This document shows positions 36,921 through 48,699 of a stretch of DNA of 64,000 bases, in pieces. The stretch is from an uncultured Candidatus Saccharibacteria bacterium (GTDB lineage Bacteria > Patescibacteriota > Dojkabacteria > J137): positions 53,481-117,480 of the forward strand of contig CAZUKH010000001.1 in assembly GCA_964620955.1 (NCBI GenBank), read 5' to 3'. The position numbers and the translations under genes were made by a program. The notes beneath the pieces were generated by a model, which was not told the origin of the DNA, ran no database searches, and was given only the letters and a program-made list of their open reading frames with translations. The stretch's first letter is position 1; the number at the start of each line of letters is the position of its first letter.

Positions 36921-37415
36921 ATGGAAGAAATATTTATGCGAATAGGTTTTGATCCAAGGCTAGCACTCTTTAGTGCAATAAACTTTTTAATATTTTTTGT
37001 AATTGTTAATAAGTTTCTTATATCAAAAGTTTCTAAGTCATTGAAACAAAGACAAATTGAAATCGAACAGAGTTTGCTAAATGCTCAAAAGCTAGAAGTT
37101 GAGATGGCAAATGCGAAAGAAAGGTCAGAAAAAATTATTGCTGAGGCAAATAAAGAAGCTAATTCAATAATTATTTCTCATCAAAAGAAAGCTGAAAAAC
37201 AAGCAGCCGAAATAAAGTTTAAAGCAATGCAAGATGTTGCTACCTTGCATGATAAGCTTACAGCAAAACTTGAGTCCCAAAAAAATGACCTTGTAAAAAA
37301 CATAAGAAATGAAGCTGCTGAAATTGCTGTAAAAGCTGCAGAAAAAATAATTAAGCAAAATATTGATAGAGAGAAAGATATAAAAATAATTAAAACTTAC
37401 CTCAAAGATGTATAA
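36921..37415 (+). CDS. atpF: ATP synthase subunit b
   Basis: INFLIF TM helix plus coiled coil; position in operon. Confidence 0.93.
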   Translation: MEEIFMRIGFDPRLALFSAINFLIFFVIVNKFLISKVSKSLKQRQIEIEQSLLNAQKLEVEMANAKERSEKIIAEANKEANSIIISHQKKAEKQAAEIKFKAMQDVATLHDKLTAKLESQKNDLVKNIRNEAAEIAVKAAEKIIKQNIDREKDIKIIKTYLKDV

Positions 37416-37644
37416 AAACTATAAAAAACCTAGAACTCCAAAAGTCATTGAAATTACTTGTGCAAGACCTCAAGACGAGAATACACTCAAAGCAATTAAG
37501 GATAAATTTGGGGATAACTTAGAAATAAAAGTGAATGTTGATGAATCCTTAATTGGGGGAGCAAAAATCTTTTTTAACAATAAAATCTTTGATTTTAGCG
37601 TATCCCACTTTTTAGAAGAACTTAAAATAAAACTAACAAGCTAG
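37408..37644 (+). CDS. atpH: ATP synthase subunit delta (C-terminal domain only)
   Basis: VDESLIGG...DFSV; only 78 aa. Confidence 0.85.
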   Translation: MYKNYKKPRTPKVIEITCARPQDENTLKAIKDKFGDNLEIKVNVDESLIGGAKIFFNNKIFDFSVSHFLEELKIKLTS

Positions 37645-37646
37645 CT

Positions 37647-39149
37647 ATGACTAAGACAAATCCCACCGATTCCATAATTTCTGATATGGAATCAAAAGTG
37701 AAAAATTATAACGCAAGTGTAGATATTGCAGAGTTTGGAGTAGTAACAGAAGTAAGAGATGGAGTAATAACCGTTACTGGTTTACAAAACTGCATGTATC
37801 AAGAAGTAGTGACTTTCGAAAATGGGGTTACTGGTATTGTATTCAATCTTTTAAAACACTATATAGGCGTAGTTGTACTTGGGGAGCTAGATGGAATACA
37901 TGAAGGAAGCATTGTAAAAAGATCAGGAAAAGTAATGTCAATTCCTGTCGGCGAGTCTTTACTTGGTAGGGTTGTAGACCCGCTAGGAAATGCTATTGAT
38001 GATAAAGGTACTATTCAATCAACTAAGTCAATGAATGTTGAAAAGGTTGCCCCAGGAGTAATGGCAAGGGAATCTGTAACCAAGCCCTTACTTACAGGTA
38101 TTAAGGTAGTGGATGCCCTTATACCTATTGGGAAAGGTCAACGTGAGCTTATATTGGGTGATAGACAAACTGGAAAAACGGCACTTGCAATTGATACGAT
38201 TATTAACCAAAAAGGTAAAGATGTTTTTTGTATATATGTATCAATAGGTCAGAAAGACTCCAAGTTAGCAAAAATAGTAGCCAAGCTTGAAGAGGCTGGT
38301 GCATTAGATTACGTTGTAGTAGTTAGCGCTTCAGCGTCTAACCCGGCTTCTTTACTCTATCTTGCTCCCTATACTGGAGTAACGCTTGCTGAAAGTTTTG
38401 CTGCAAATGGGAAAGATGTTCTTGTTGTATATGATGATCTTACTAAACATGCAGTTGCTTATCGGGAGATGTCGTTACTTCTAAGACGCCCTCCTGGGCG
38501 GGAAGCATACCCTGGAGATGTATTTTACTTGCACTCCCGGTTGTTAGAAAGAGCATGCAACTTGAGTAAAGAATTTGGTGGTGGATCAATAACTGCTCTA
38601 CCAATTGTAGAAACCCAGGCAGGAGATATAAGTGCATATATTCCAACTAACATAATTAGTATTACCGATGGCCAAGTATTTCTTGAATCTGGCTTATTTT
38701 ATAAAGGAGTTCGTCCTGCAATAAATATTGGAAACTCTGTATCGCGTGTAGGCAGTACTGCCCAAGCAAAGCCAATGAAAAAAGTTGCTGCAAAACTAAA
38801 ACTTGAGCACGCACAATTTAGAGAACTTGAAGCCTTTGCACAGTTTTCGAGCGACCTTGATGCAAGTACAAAAAGCAAACTAGAGAGAGGATTGCGACTA
38901 AACGAAATACTTAAACAAAAACAATACTCACCATACAGTATTGAAGAGCAAGTTGCTTTGATTTTTGCTGTTAATAATGGGTTTTTTGATAAAGTCGCTG
39001 TAACTGAGGTAATAAGCTATGAATTACGGTTCTTAGAATTTTGCAGGAATGTTAAAACCAGGTTATTGAAAAGGATCTCTGATGGTGAATGGGATGAAGA
39101 AATAGAAGAAAGTTTAATTACAGCTTGCAAAGAGTTTTTTAATGAGTAA
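37647..39149 (+). CDS. atpA: ATP synthase subunit alpha
   Basis: GDRQTGKT and PPGREAYPGDVFYLHSRLLER motifs. Confidence 0.99.
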   Translation: MTKTNPTDSIISDMESKVKNYNASVDIAEFGVVTEVRDGVITVTGLQNCMYQEVVTFENGVTGIVFNLLKHYIGVVVLGELDGIHEGSIVKRSGKVMSIPVGESLLGRVVDPLGNAIDDKGTIQSTKSMNVEKVAPGVMARESVTKPLLTGIKVVDALIPIGKGQRELILGDRQTGKTALAIDTIINQKGKDVFCIYVSIGQKDSKLAKIVAKLEEAGALDYVVVVSASASNPASLLYLAPYTGVTLAESFAANGKDVLVVYDDLTKHAVAYREMSLLLRRPPGREAYPGDVFYLHSRLLERACNLSKEFGGGSITALPIVETQAGDISAYIPTNIISITDGQVFLESGLFYKGVRPAINIGNSVSRVGSTAQAKPMKKVAAKLKLEHAQFRELEAFAQFSSDLDASTKSKLERGLRLNEILKQKQYSPYSIEEQVALIFAVNNGFFDKVAVTEVISYELRFLEFCRNVKTRLLKRISDGEWDEEIEESLITACKEFFNE

Positions 39150-40019
39150 ATGGCATCAAGTATAAAAGCAATAAAAACTAGGATAAGTTCAGTAAAAAAT
39201 ACAAAAAAAATTACTAAAGCTATGCAAATGATAGCAGCAACCAAACTTAAGAAAGCTGCTGATGCTATGGGTAGAAGTCAAGCTTTCGCTTCTCTTGCAA
39301 TAAATTTTCTTGGTGAAATAAGTAATTCAGTTAAACACAAACTTTTACTTCCTAATAGCTCAAACAGAGAACTATTAATTGTTATTTCGTCTAATCGTGG
39401 ATTGTGTGGCAGTTATAACTCGAATATTTTTAAAAAGCTTGCTTCTTATGTTTCAAAATCTCAAAATGCCCCTAGATTGGATGTAATAGCAGTTGGAAAA
39501 AAGGCAGCAAGCTTTTCAAAAAAATTAGGACTTGAAGTAACAGCTATATATGAGAAATTAAATGAAAACTTTAAATTTGAAGACTCTTTGCCGATTTCAT
39601 TATCTGCTATTGAAATGTTTTTAGAGCAAAAGTATTCAAGCGTAAAAGTAATTTACACTAAGTTTATATCAGGGCTAAAGCAGTCAGCAGAGATTGTTGA
39701 AATTCTTCCATTAAGTAAGGGTTTTATTAAACAATTAGAAGGCGAAAGTAACAAGGAAATCATTAAAGATTTTGTTTTTGAGCCTAGTAAAGACCAGGTT
39801 CTTAATTACATTTTACCCATGATTCTTAAACTATACTTTTTTCAATGTATTTTGGAATCAACGGCCAGTGAACACAGTAGCCGAATGATAGCAATGGATT
39901 CAGCAACAAATTCTGCAAGCGACATGATAAGTTTTTTAACTCTTGAGTTTAATAAAACAAGACAAGCTTTAATTACTCAAGAAATCAGCGAAATAGTTGC
40001 TGGAAGTTTTAATAATTAA
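39150..40019 (+). CDS. atpG: ATP synthase subunit gamma
   Basis: KITKAMQMIAA, RGLCG, RQALITQEISEIV motifs. Confidence 0.98.
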   Translation: MASSIKAIKTRISSVKNTKKITKAMQMIAATKLKKAADAMGRSQAFASLAINFLGEISNSVKHKLLLPNSSNRELLIVISSNRGLCGSYNSNIFKKLASYVSKSQNAPRLDVIAVGKKAASFSKKLGLEVTAIYEKLNENFKFEDSLPISLSAIEMFLEQKYSSVKVIYTKFISGLKQSAEIVEILPLSKGFIKQLEGESNKEIIKDFVFEPSKDQVLNYILPMILKLYFFQCILESTASEHSSRMIAMDSATNSASDMISFLTLEFNKTRQALITQEISEIVAGSFNN

Positions 40020-40022
40020 TAA

Positions 40023-41813
<1,791 letters not shown>

Positions 41814-41833
<20 letters not shown>

Positions 41834-42530
41834 CTTTAACCTGACTCCTGCTGGACCAGGCAGTTGCTGTTTTTGGTGCAGCGCCTTGGTTTCCTGCATT
41901 TACCGCTATGCAATATTTTTTACCGTCTACTAAGCCAGATGTAACTTTCAAACTTGTTTTAGTTGTATAAAACCTCTTAACAACGCTTGTTGAACAGTTA
42001 CCAGCAGTATCAGTAGAAAAGATTGTAATCGCATAAATATTACTCTGTTTATAAGTACATGTTCTACCCCAGCTGGTTGGCGCGGTCCAGGTTAATGTTG
42101 GCTGTGATTCAGTAATTGTTGCCCCATCTGTAAGCGAAGTTAACTTTGGTGCGCCTGGTGCAGCTAATTTACAAGTTGAGCCAGTTGAACCTGTAGAACC
42201 TGTTGAGCCAGTTGAGCCTGTTGAGCCTGTTGAGCCTGTGGAGCCTGTGGAACCTGTTGAGCCTGCGGAACCTGTTGAGCCACCTGGGGTTTCAGTGCTT
42301 TGTGCTGGTACCAAATATTCGTTATTCTTACAAATCTGATTAGCTTGCACCACATAACAGTAACCAGCGCTGGGATTACAACACCTTGCATATTGGGTAT
42401 CAGCCACCGATGCATCTTCAGCTTGTTGAGTAGCTGTTTGAGCATTTGTAATTAAAGCTGCTGCTACAAGTACCACTGCGCCAAGTGCCAATGTAGCAAG
42501 CATTATAGCGGGGTTTTTTACGTATCTCAT
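41814..42530 (-). CDS. Secreted Cys-containing protein with (GST)n linker and FN3-like module
   Basis: Signal/TM segment, CC..C..C mini-domain, GST repeats, LTWTAPTSWGRTC...KYC. Confidence 0.8.
42174..42281 (-). repeat. 12 x 9-bp tandem repeat encoding Gly-Ser-Thr
   Basis: TGTTGAGCC-type units with synonymous variation. Confidence 0.95.
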
Positions 42531-42657
42531 AGAAAATAAAAATATATATAATATTTAAAGTATAATAATTTTAATTTATCAAAAAGTATATAACTGTGCA
42601 AAATATTTTTACCAATAGTCTTTTTAGTATATAATTACTCATTATTCAACTTCTTTA

Positions 42658-43665
42658 ATGGAAAGAGTAATTAGTAAAAAAAGGATTTTAACTGGAGATA
42701 GGCCAACTGGCCCTTTACACTTGGGGCATTTTTTAGGTTCAATTCAAAACCGTGTAAAACTTCAAACTGAGTACGAGCTTTTTTATTTAATTGCAGATAT
42801 TCAAGCGCTTACAGATAACTATTCTAACCCCAAAAAAGTTATTGAAAATGTTTATCAAATTGCACAAGATAACCTTGCATGCGGGCTGGATCCAAATATT
42901 GCAACTATTTTTATCCAGTCACAAATTCCTGAGATAGCTGAACTGACAGTTTTGTTTATGAACTTGGTTTCGCATTCAGAAGTAATAAAAAACCCGACAG
43001 TCAAAACTGAAATAGAAGACAAAAGCTTTGGATCTTCTGCGCCATTTGGCTTTATTGCTTACCCTGTAAGCCAATGCGCGGATATTTTAAGCCTTAGAGC
43101 CCAACTTGTTCCAGTTGGGATTGATCAATCGCCTATGATTGAACTTGCAAGAACAGTTGCTTCTAGGTTTAACAAAATATACAAAAAGCAAATATTTTCA
43201 CTGCCTCAGTCAAAGCTTGGTGTTCAAAAAAATCTTGTAGGCACGGACGGAAGCTCTAAGATGAGTAAGAGTAAAGGTAATACAATAAATTTAATCGATA
43301 ATAATGAAACAGTAACAAAAAAAGTTATGGCAATGTACACCGACCCCAATAGAGTAAAAGCAACTGATCCTGGAAAAGTTGAAGGCAATCCAGTTTTTAT
43401 TTACCATGATTTTTTCAACACAAATAAAGAAGAAGTGGCTGATTTAAAAGAAAGGTATTTAATAGGCAAAGTTGGTGATGTAGAGGTAAAACATAAACTT
43501 GCATTAGCTATAAATAGCTTTTTAGAGCCAATTAGACAAAGGCGTACACAGTTTCCACTAAGTGTTGTAAAAGAAATAGTTGCTGAAGGTACTAAAAAAA
43601 CACGAACGGAAGCTAAAGCAACAATGCAGTTAGTTAAAGAAGCTATTGGAATTAGCTACTTGTAA
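42658..43665 (+). CDS. trpS: Tryptophan--tRNA ligase
   Basis: TGDRPTGPLHLGH, VPVGIDQ, KMSKS motifs. Confidence 0.98.
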   Translation: MERVISKKRILTGDRPTGPLHLGHFLGSIQNRVKLQTEYELFYLIADIQALTDNYSNPKKVIENVYQIAQDNLACGLDPNIATIFIQSQIPEIAELTVLFMNLVSHSEVIKNPTVKTEIEDKSFGSSAPFGFIAYPVSQCADILSLRAQLVPVGIDQSPMIELARTVASRFNKIYKKQIFSLPQSKLGVQKNLVGTDGSSKMSKSKGNTINLIDNNETVTKKVMAMYTDPNRVKATDPGKVEGNPVFIYHDFFNTNKEEVADLKERYLIGKVGDVEVKHKLALAINSFLEPIRQRRTQFPLSVVKEIVAEGTKKTRTEAKATMQLVKEAIGISYL

Positions 43666-43672
43666 AATTAGC

Positions 43673-44020
43673 CTAAGTTTCTCTTGGGGAAAGTGTAAAA
43701 ACAACCCTATTTGCAAAAAGCCATGCACGGTATTGCTCTGCTTCATCACGGGTTAACGACTCTGGTCTTACAACGTACCTTCCTACTAATTTTGGCTCCA
43801 GCGCTCGAATTTGTTTAATTAAGTATCTTTTTTCTGTATTTTCACTGTAACCGCTAATATTAATATTGGCAGGTATTCCTTGTCCTGCTATTACTTTCCC
43901 TTGAGGAGGCTTTTCAAATGTGAGTATTTCAGTAAAGCCATTTGGCAAAATTGGTTTCTGTTCCTTCAGTTCTAAATTTGCTGGTGGAGGTGAATCTGGT
44001 AAATCCGATATAGATTGCAT
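43673..44020 (-). CDS. Hypothetical protein
   Basis: 115-aa ORF with no recognised motif. Confidence 0.55.
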   Translation of the reverse strand: MQSISDLPDSPPPANLELKEQKPILPNGFTEILTFEKPPQGKVIAGQGIPANINISGYSENTEKRYLIKQIRALEPKLVGRYVVRPESLTRDEAEQYRAWLFANRVVFTLSPRET

Positions 44021-44068
44021 ATAATCCTTTTATTTTTTAAACACTCGAGTTTAACTCTACATTTTATT

Positions 44069-45553
44069 TTAGTAAAGCCCTTTTGCTCTTAACCAGTTAT
44101 TTAAAGAAAGCTGTCCTTCTTGTGCTTTATATTCTAATGCTAAACCTTTGCCAATCCATCGGTAATGCCACGCCTCTGTTATATAACCAGTCTCACCCTC
44201 TTTGCCTGCAGGATAAGACTGAACAAAACCATAATTATGGGCATAAACCCTAAGCCATTCCCATAAATTTGCATTAGATTGACAATAAACAAATGCCTGA
44301 CAACCAATCCCTGTTAAATCAACAGCAGTTCCAAGCTGGTGTTCTGAAAAACCAGGAATGGCAGAATAACTATTAGCCCTTACTTCTGCATCTTGCCTTG
44401 AAATACCCCACCTTGCCATTTCTATACCAGTCCAGTACTCAAAAGTATTATACTGAGTTTCGTAAGATCGAAAAGCCGAAGTGACTTCAACGCCCAAACC
44501 ACTTGACCTTGCTGCATTTACCATTTCAATTAAATCCGAAGCTCCTGCACTTAAAAAGCTTTGAGAAGATCCAATCACATCAAGCCTTGTAAGCAAAGGG
44601 TAGTAACTTGCAGTAAGTCGATAGTTCTTATCTACAGGCGCAAGTGTGCAATCCGCACATGTAGCAATTTCCGCAATAAATGCATGAGAAGGTCCTGCTG
44701 GGCAGGGCACATTAAAAACATTATCAAAGTTTGATAGATGATATGAGTTCTTATTAAAATCAAAGAATATTGGAACCTTAACATAGTAATTACAGTTACC
44801 AAGAAGAATTTTAACTTTACCCAGTTGTAAAAGTGGATTATCCTTTATAATTCCGCTAGAAACTTGCCATTCTACCTCAAGCACTGAGAGGTTATTAGTT
44901 GTAGAAAAATCCGCAGCAGAAGCATCAACTTCCTCTATCAAAAACTCGCTTACATTTTTAGCCTTTTCCATAGCTGTAATAAAGGATTGTAATAAGGCAT
45001 TAATATCAGACTGAATATTTTCTACGTTTCCAGTGCCCTTTATTACTTTTGTTTTAACAGCTTCTAAACTTTTACTTAGACTTTGAGACTCTTCTTTTTC
45101 CTTTATTACGGTTGGGCCTTGCATAGACCTACTGATGGTTGTATATACATCGTAGCCTAATTTACCTTCTACTCTAAAAACAAACCCAATAGGCAACGTG
45201 CTATTTTCGAGTTCTTCCACCATTGGCTGAACTGGAGAAAGTCTATAATCATACTTTGTATAAATCTTATACAAAGTATCTTGCTTGGAACTTTTAGTTT
45301 CTGGATTTGAATTAAGGTATTCACTAATTATCGGATTTTGGATTGAAAGCCTCCATAATGCCAAAGTTGTTTCCGATGGACTTTCATAAGCAATTGACGC
45401 AGCAAATTTATTAAACGCAAGTGCAAGCTGGAAACGAAATACTATAACGATAAAAATCAAACCGCTCAGGCTAATTAGTAAAAATGCAAAAAGCAACCTT
45501 ATTTGCAATCCTTCGGATTTAGAAACTATAGCGGTAAATATTTTTCCTGGCAT
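44069..45553 (-). CDS. Membrane-anchored M15B D-Ala-D-Ala carboxypeptidase (VanY-like)
   Basis: SAFRSY, SAIPGFSEHQLGTAVD, EAWHYRW motifs. Confidence 0.9.
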   Translation of the reverse strand: MPGKIFTAIVSKSEGLQIRLLFAFLLISLSGLIFIVIVFRFQLALAFNKFAASIAYESPSETTLALWRLSIQNPIISEYLNSNPETKSSKQDTLYKIYTKYDYRLSPVQPMVEELENSTLPIGFVFRVEGKLGYDVYTTISRSMQGPTVIKEKEESQSLSKSLEAVKTKVIKGTGNVENIQSDINALLQSFITAMEKAKNVSEFLIEEVDASAADFSTTNNLSVLEVEWQVSSGIIKDNPLLQLGKVKILLGNCNYYVKVPIFFDFNKNSYHLSNFDNVFNVPCPAGPSHAFIAEIATCADCTLAPVDKNYRLTASYYPLLTRLDVIGSSQSFLSAGASDLIEMVNAARSSGLGVEVTSAFRSYETQYNTFEYWTGIEMARWGISRQDAEVRANSYSAIPGFSEHQLGTAVDLTGIGCQAFVYCQSNANLWEWLRVYAHNYGFVQSYPAGKEGETGYITEAWHYRWIGKGLALEYKAQEGQLSLNNWLRAKGLY

Positions 45554-45580
45554 AGCTTAATTATAGCTAAACCGGCAAAC

Positions 45581-45961
45581 TTATGCGAAGGAGTTGGAGG
45601 TAACCTCACTATAAAAAATTAAAACTACTCCATTAGGATCTTTAATCGCAAACTCTCTTTTTCCCCATGGTCTATCAACGGGGTCACGACTAACTCGGAA
45701 ACCTTTGCTAATAATCTCTTTGTAAGTTTCATCAACTTTGTCAACTTTTAGATAAACAAATACCCCTTGTTTATTAGTACTGGCAACACCTAGATCTATG
45801 CTACTGTCAGTTGACTGTGTCAAAAACTGTAGTGTAAAACTACCGATTTTAAACTCAATGAACTTTTCCTGAGATTGGGTTTGCTGAAAGCCGAGCTTCG
45901 AGTAAAACACTGATGTAGCTTGCAAATCTACGACGTGAAAAAGAAGCTGGTTTAACTCCAT
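45581..45961 (-). CDS. VOC/glyoxalase family protein
   Basis: FYSKLGF...PWGKREFAIKDPNG. Confidence 0.9.
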   Translation of the reverse strand: MELNQLLFHVVDLQATSVFYSKLGFQQTQSQEKFIEFKIGSFTLQFLTQSTDSSIDLGVASTNKQGVFVYLKVDKVDETYKEIISKGFRVSRDPVDRPWGKREFAIKDPNGVVLIFYSEVTSNSFA

Positions 45962-46055
45962 AAATAATTATATCACATGGTGCTTGAAAAACAGTAAATG
46001 TCAACGCTTCTTAACTGTCATAACTTTTCGGAAGGTTTTTGTTACTCTTATTTCT

Positions 46056-46080
46056 TAAAGCCAAAAAAGCTGGCTTTTAT
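46056..46080. terminator. Hairpin downstream of tig, putative terminator
   Basis: AAAGCCA-N7-TGGCTTT. Confidence 0.4.
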
Positions 46081-46084
46081 TGTT

Positions 46085-46131
46085 AACCCGCGAGATCTTA
46101 TGTGCTGTACCTGCTGGCAGGCAGGGGATTT
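46085..46131 (-). repeat. Dispersed intergenic element, degenerate copy 3
   Basis: Reverse complement AAATCCCCTGCCTGCCAGCAGGTACAGCACATAAGATCTCGCGGGTT shares AAATCCC..CTGCCA.GCAGG..TAA..TCT..GGTT with copy 1. Confidence 0.4.
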
Positions 46132-47220
46132 TTATTTTATTTTTTCTAGGAGCCTCTTCATACCCTTTTGTCTTGTGATTACTGTCCGTACGTATTCTCG
46201 CGCACGGGAAGAGTTATACTGCGACTTTGTTTGAGGGTCGCTTATAGAGTCAATTTCTTTTTGTACATCTTCATCTGTAGCAACTTCACCCTTTTCTTCT
46301 GCAAGCGAAATCAAAAGAAGATCAATAGAAATCTGCTTGACTGATTCTTCTTCCCACTCTTTTCGCTTTTGTTCAATGCTAGTTTTTTGAGTTGTAAGGT
46401 AAGTATTAGTATCTAACTTAAGTTCTTTAAGCCTTGTGCTAAAAATATCTTCTTGCCTTTTTACCTCACCTTCAATGAGTATAGAAGGAATTTCAAACTT
46501 AGCTAGTTTTAAAGCCTCATCAAGTACTTTGGCATTGTATTCATTTAAAAGCTGTTCTGATTTAATATTTAATAGCCTAGTTTTTACCATCTCTTTAACA
46601 TCTTTTAATGTTTTTTCTTTTTCATAACCAAGTTCTTTAACAAGCTTGTCATTAAGTTCAAAATCTAGTTTAATGTGTTCATGCTCTTTCGCGTCTTTTC
46701 CGCTGCCAGTCGTATGTTTCTCAACAATCTCCTTTGTTTTTGCTAATTCTTTTATTTTTTCAGGCTTAATTGAGGAGTTTATAATACTTTTTATTACTTC
46801 TTCTACTTCGGTATCTTTAACTTCTGGGCTTTGTTTAGTTACTTTAATTTTAGAGTAGTCACCATGTTTAATTGTTGGATAATTCACGTATGTAAAAATA
46901 AACTCAATACCTTCTTTCGCACTTAACTTTTTTACCTCATATTTTGGAGTATCCAGTGGCCTTGCTTTTTGTTCTATTATAATTTCGTAAGCAATTTGTG
47001 ATAACAACTTTCCTAAAGCTTCATCTAAAACATCTGTTGCTATTAATGGCTCGACTTTTGATTTAGGTGCTTTTCCAGGCCTAAAACCTGGTACCTTTAC
47101 CTTTGATGACAGTTTTTTATAAGCTTCTTGCCTAAATGGTTCAAGTTCTGAGAAATCAAGTTTTACCTCGAATGACACTCCATCTTTCCCATTCTTAATT
47201 TTCTTATGGATATACTTCAT
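46132..47220 (-). CDS. tig: Trigger factor lacking the FKBP PPIase domain
   Basis: VPGFRPGKAP ribosome-binding motif plus C-terminal domain; only 362 aa. Confidence 0.92.
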   Translation of the reverse strand: MKYIHKKIKNGKDGVSFEVKLDFSELEPFRQEAYKKLSSKVKVPGFRPGKAPKSKVEPLIATDVLDEALGKLLSQIAYEIIIEQKARPLDTPKYEVKKLSAKEGIEFIFTYVNYPTIKHGDYSKIKVTKQSPEVKDTEVEEVIKSIINSSIKPEKIKELAKTKEIVEKHTTGSGKDAKEHEHIKLDFELNDKLVKELGYEKEKTLKDVKEMVKTRLLNIKSEQLLNEYNAKVLDEALKLAKFEIPSILIEGEVKRQEDIFSTRLKELKLDTNTYLTTQKTSIEQKRKEWEEESVKQISIDLLLISLAEEKGEVATDEDVQKEIDSISDPQTKSQYNSSRAREYVRTVITRQKGMKRLLEKIK

Positions 47221-47247
47221 ATAGCTTAATTTAAATTATATCACGGC

Positions 47248-47556
47248 TTAATATCTATCATCCTCTTCATCACCTTCATCCATAAAGTCATCTGAGTCGT
47301 CACTTTCATCCCCATACCAGCTGTCAGTTGCTGGCTCCTCGTCAGGATCTAAGTCTTCTGGTTTATACTGAGCCAATAATGCCTTTTCATCTGCATCATC
47401 ATCACTTGGATCTGCAATAACAGGAACACCAATATGATAAGGTCCTAAGTCGTCTGCCGCTTCCATTTCGGAGGCTTCTACTACTTCATCTTGAATAACG
47501 TCAGACTCTTCTACTAACATGTCTTCGGGTTTGTTTTGTTTTTTGTTTTTAGCCAT
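47248..47556 (-). CDS. Small highly acidic protein
   Basis: 102 aa, short basic N-terminus, D/E-rich remainder. Confidence 0.7.
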   Translation of the reverse strand: MAKNKKQNKPEDMLVEESDVIQDEVVEASEMEAADDLGPYHIGVPVIADPSDDDADEKALLAQYKPEDLDPDEEPATDSWYGDESDDSDDFMDEGDEEDDRY

Positions 47557-47581
47557 ATTATTTATAAATTATTGATCGAAA

Positions 47582-48667
47582 TTACTCTAAAGGCTCAACT
47601 ATGTCAATGGATTTTACAATATTTCTATAAATATTGCCCCAGCTAAACTGCTCTAAAAATGCACTGTCCGGTTTTTCCTTGAGTTTAATGGCTTTGATTA
47701 TAGCACTAGAAATGTCTTCGGGCGAGTGTGGATTTACAAATAATGCTCTTTTTGCCATAGTTTCCTGTAGAACCTCGATTTTTGAAAGTATAACAGGAAC
47801 TCCTTGTGCGTAAGCTTCAAGAGGAGGCATTCCAAAACCTTCACCGAAGCTACAATATAGTAAGGCTTTCGACTTGTAATATAGTGCCTGAATATATTTA
47901 TCATCAACATAACCTAAAAAAACTACTTTATTGGTAATGCCTAGCTCTTGTGTTAATTCAAATATTTGGTTGTAAAACCAACCTTTTTTACCAGAAATGA
48001 CATAATAATACTCAGGGTTTTCTTTAGAAAAAATCGCGAATGCCCTTAACATATTTTCATAGTTCTTACGTGGCTGGAGGGTACTTACAGAAAGTACATA
48101 TTTCTGTGGTAGATTTAAAGCTTCTTGGGCAGAAATTAATTGCTCTTCAGTAGGACTTCGGTAGGCCCATTCTTGAAGCCCTGTACTAATTACAAATGAT
48201 TTTTCTTCTACTGCTGGAAAGTTTTCTATAAGTTTTTGTTGAGTAAACTTTGATATTGTAAGGATTTTTGAAGATTTTTTTACCGCGATTCTTATTAAGG
48301 TTTTAAATTTTAGCACTGCCAATTTCGGCCAAAAAGCAGGGTGAATAATTGGCTCAATATCATAAATTATTTGAGCGGTAGGCCAAAAGAAAATTGGCAA
48401 AGAAAAAAGTGCGGTTGAAATGAGAATATCAATTTTATTTTGCTTTAATACCTTAGACGCCCTAAAAGCCCAAACTATTCCAGTCTTTTTTGCTGGAAGC
48501 ACAATAAGTTTGTTATTAGGGAATACGTGTTTATGGGTTTCTTTGCTAGTTAATAAAAAAACCTGGTTTTTAGAATCCTTTGCTGCTTCATTTGCTATAT
48601 TAAAAATATAGTTTTCTATTCCTGTCCTTTTTTCATTGAGCTGTGAAATATCTATAGCTATTCTCAT
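47582..48667 (-). CDS. Glycosyltransferase family 4
   Basis: RTGIENY, TLQPRKN, EGFGMPPLEA motifs. Confidence 0.93.
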   Translation of the reverse strand: MRIAIDISQLNEKRTGIENYIFNIANEAAKDSKNQVFLLTSKETHKHVFPNNKLIVLPAKKTGIVWAFRASKVLKQNKIDILISTALFSLPIFFWPTAQIIYDIEPIIHPAFWPKLAVLKFKTLIRIAVKKSSKILTISKFTQQKLIENFPAVEEKSFVISTGLQEWAYRSPTEEQLISAQEALNLPQKYVLSVSTLQPRKNYENMLRAFAIFSKENPEYYYVISGKKGWFYNQIFELTQELGITNKVVFLGYVDDKYIQALYYKSKALLYCSFGEGFGMPPLEAYAQGVPVILSKIEVLQETMAKRALFVNPHSPEDISSAIIKAIKLKEKPDSAFLEQFSWGNIYRNIVKSIDIVEPLE

Positions 48668-48699
48668 TAGGGTATAATTTGTGCGTTATAAAAGTATTT

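Noticed and set aside
42174-42281. CRISPR-like or contingency repeat
   Set aside because: 9-bp coding units with synonymous variation and no spacers; a simple GST linker.
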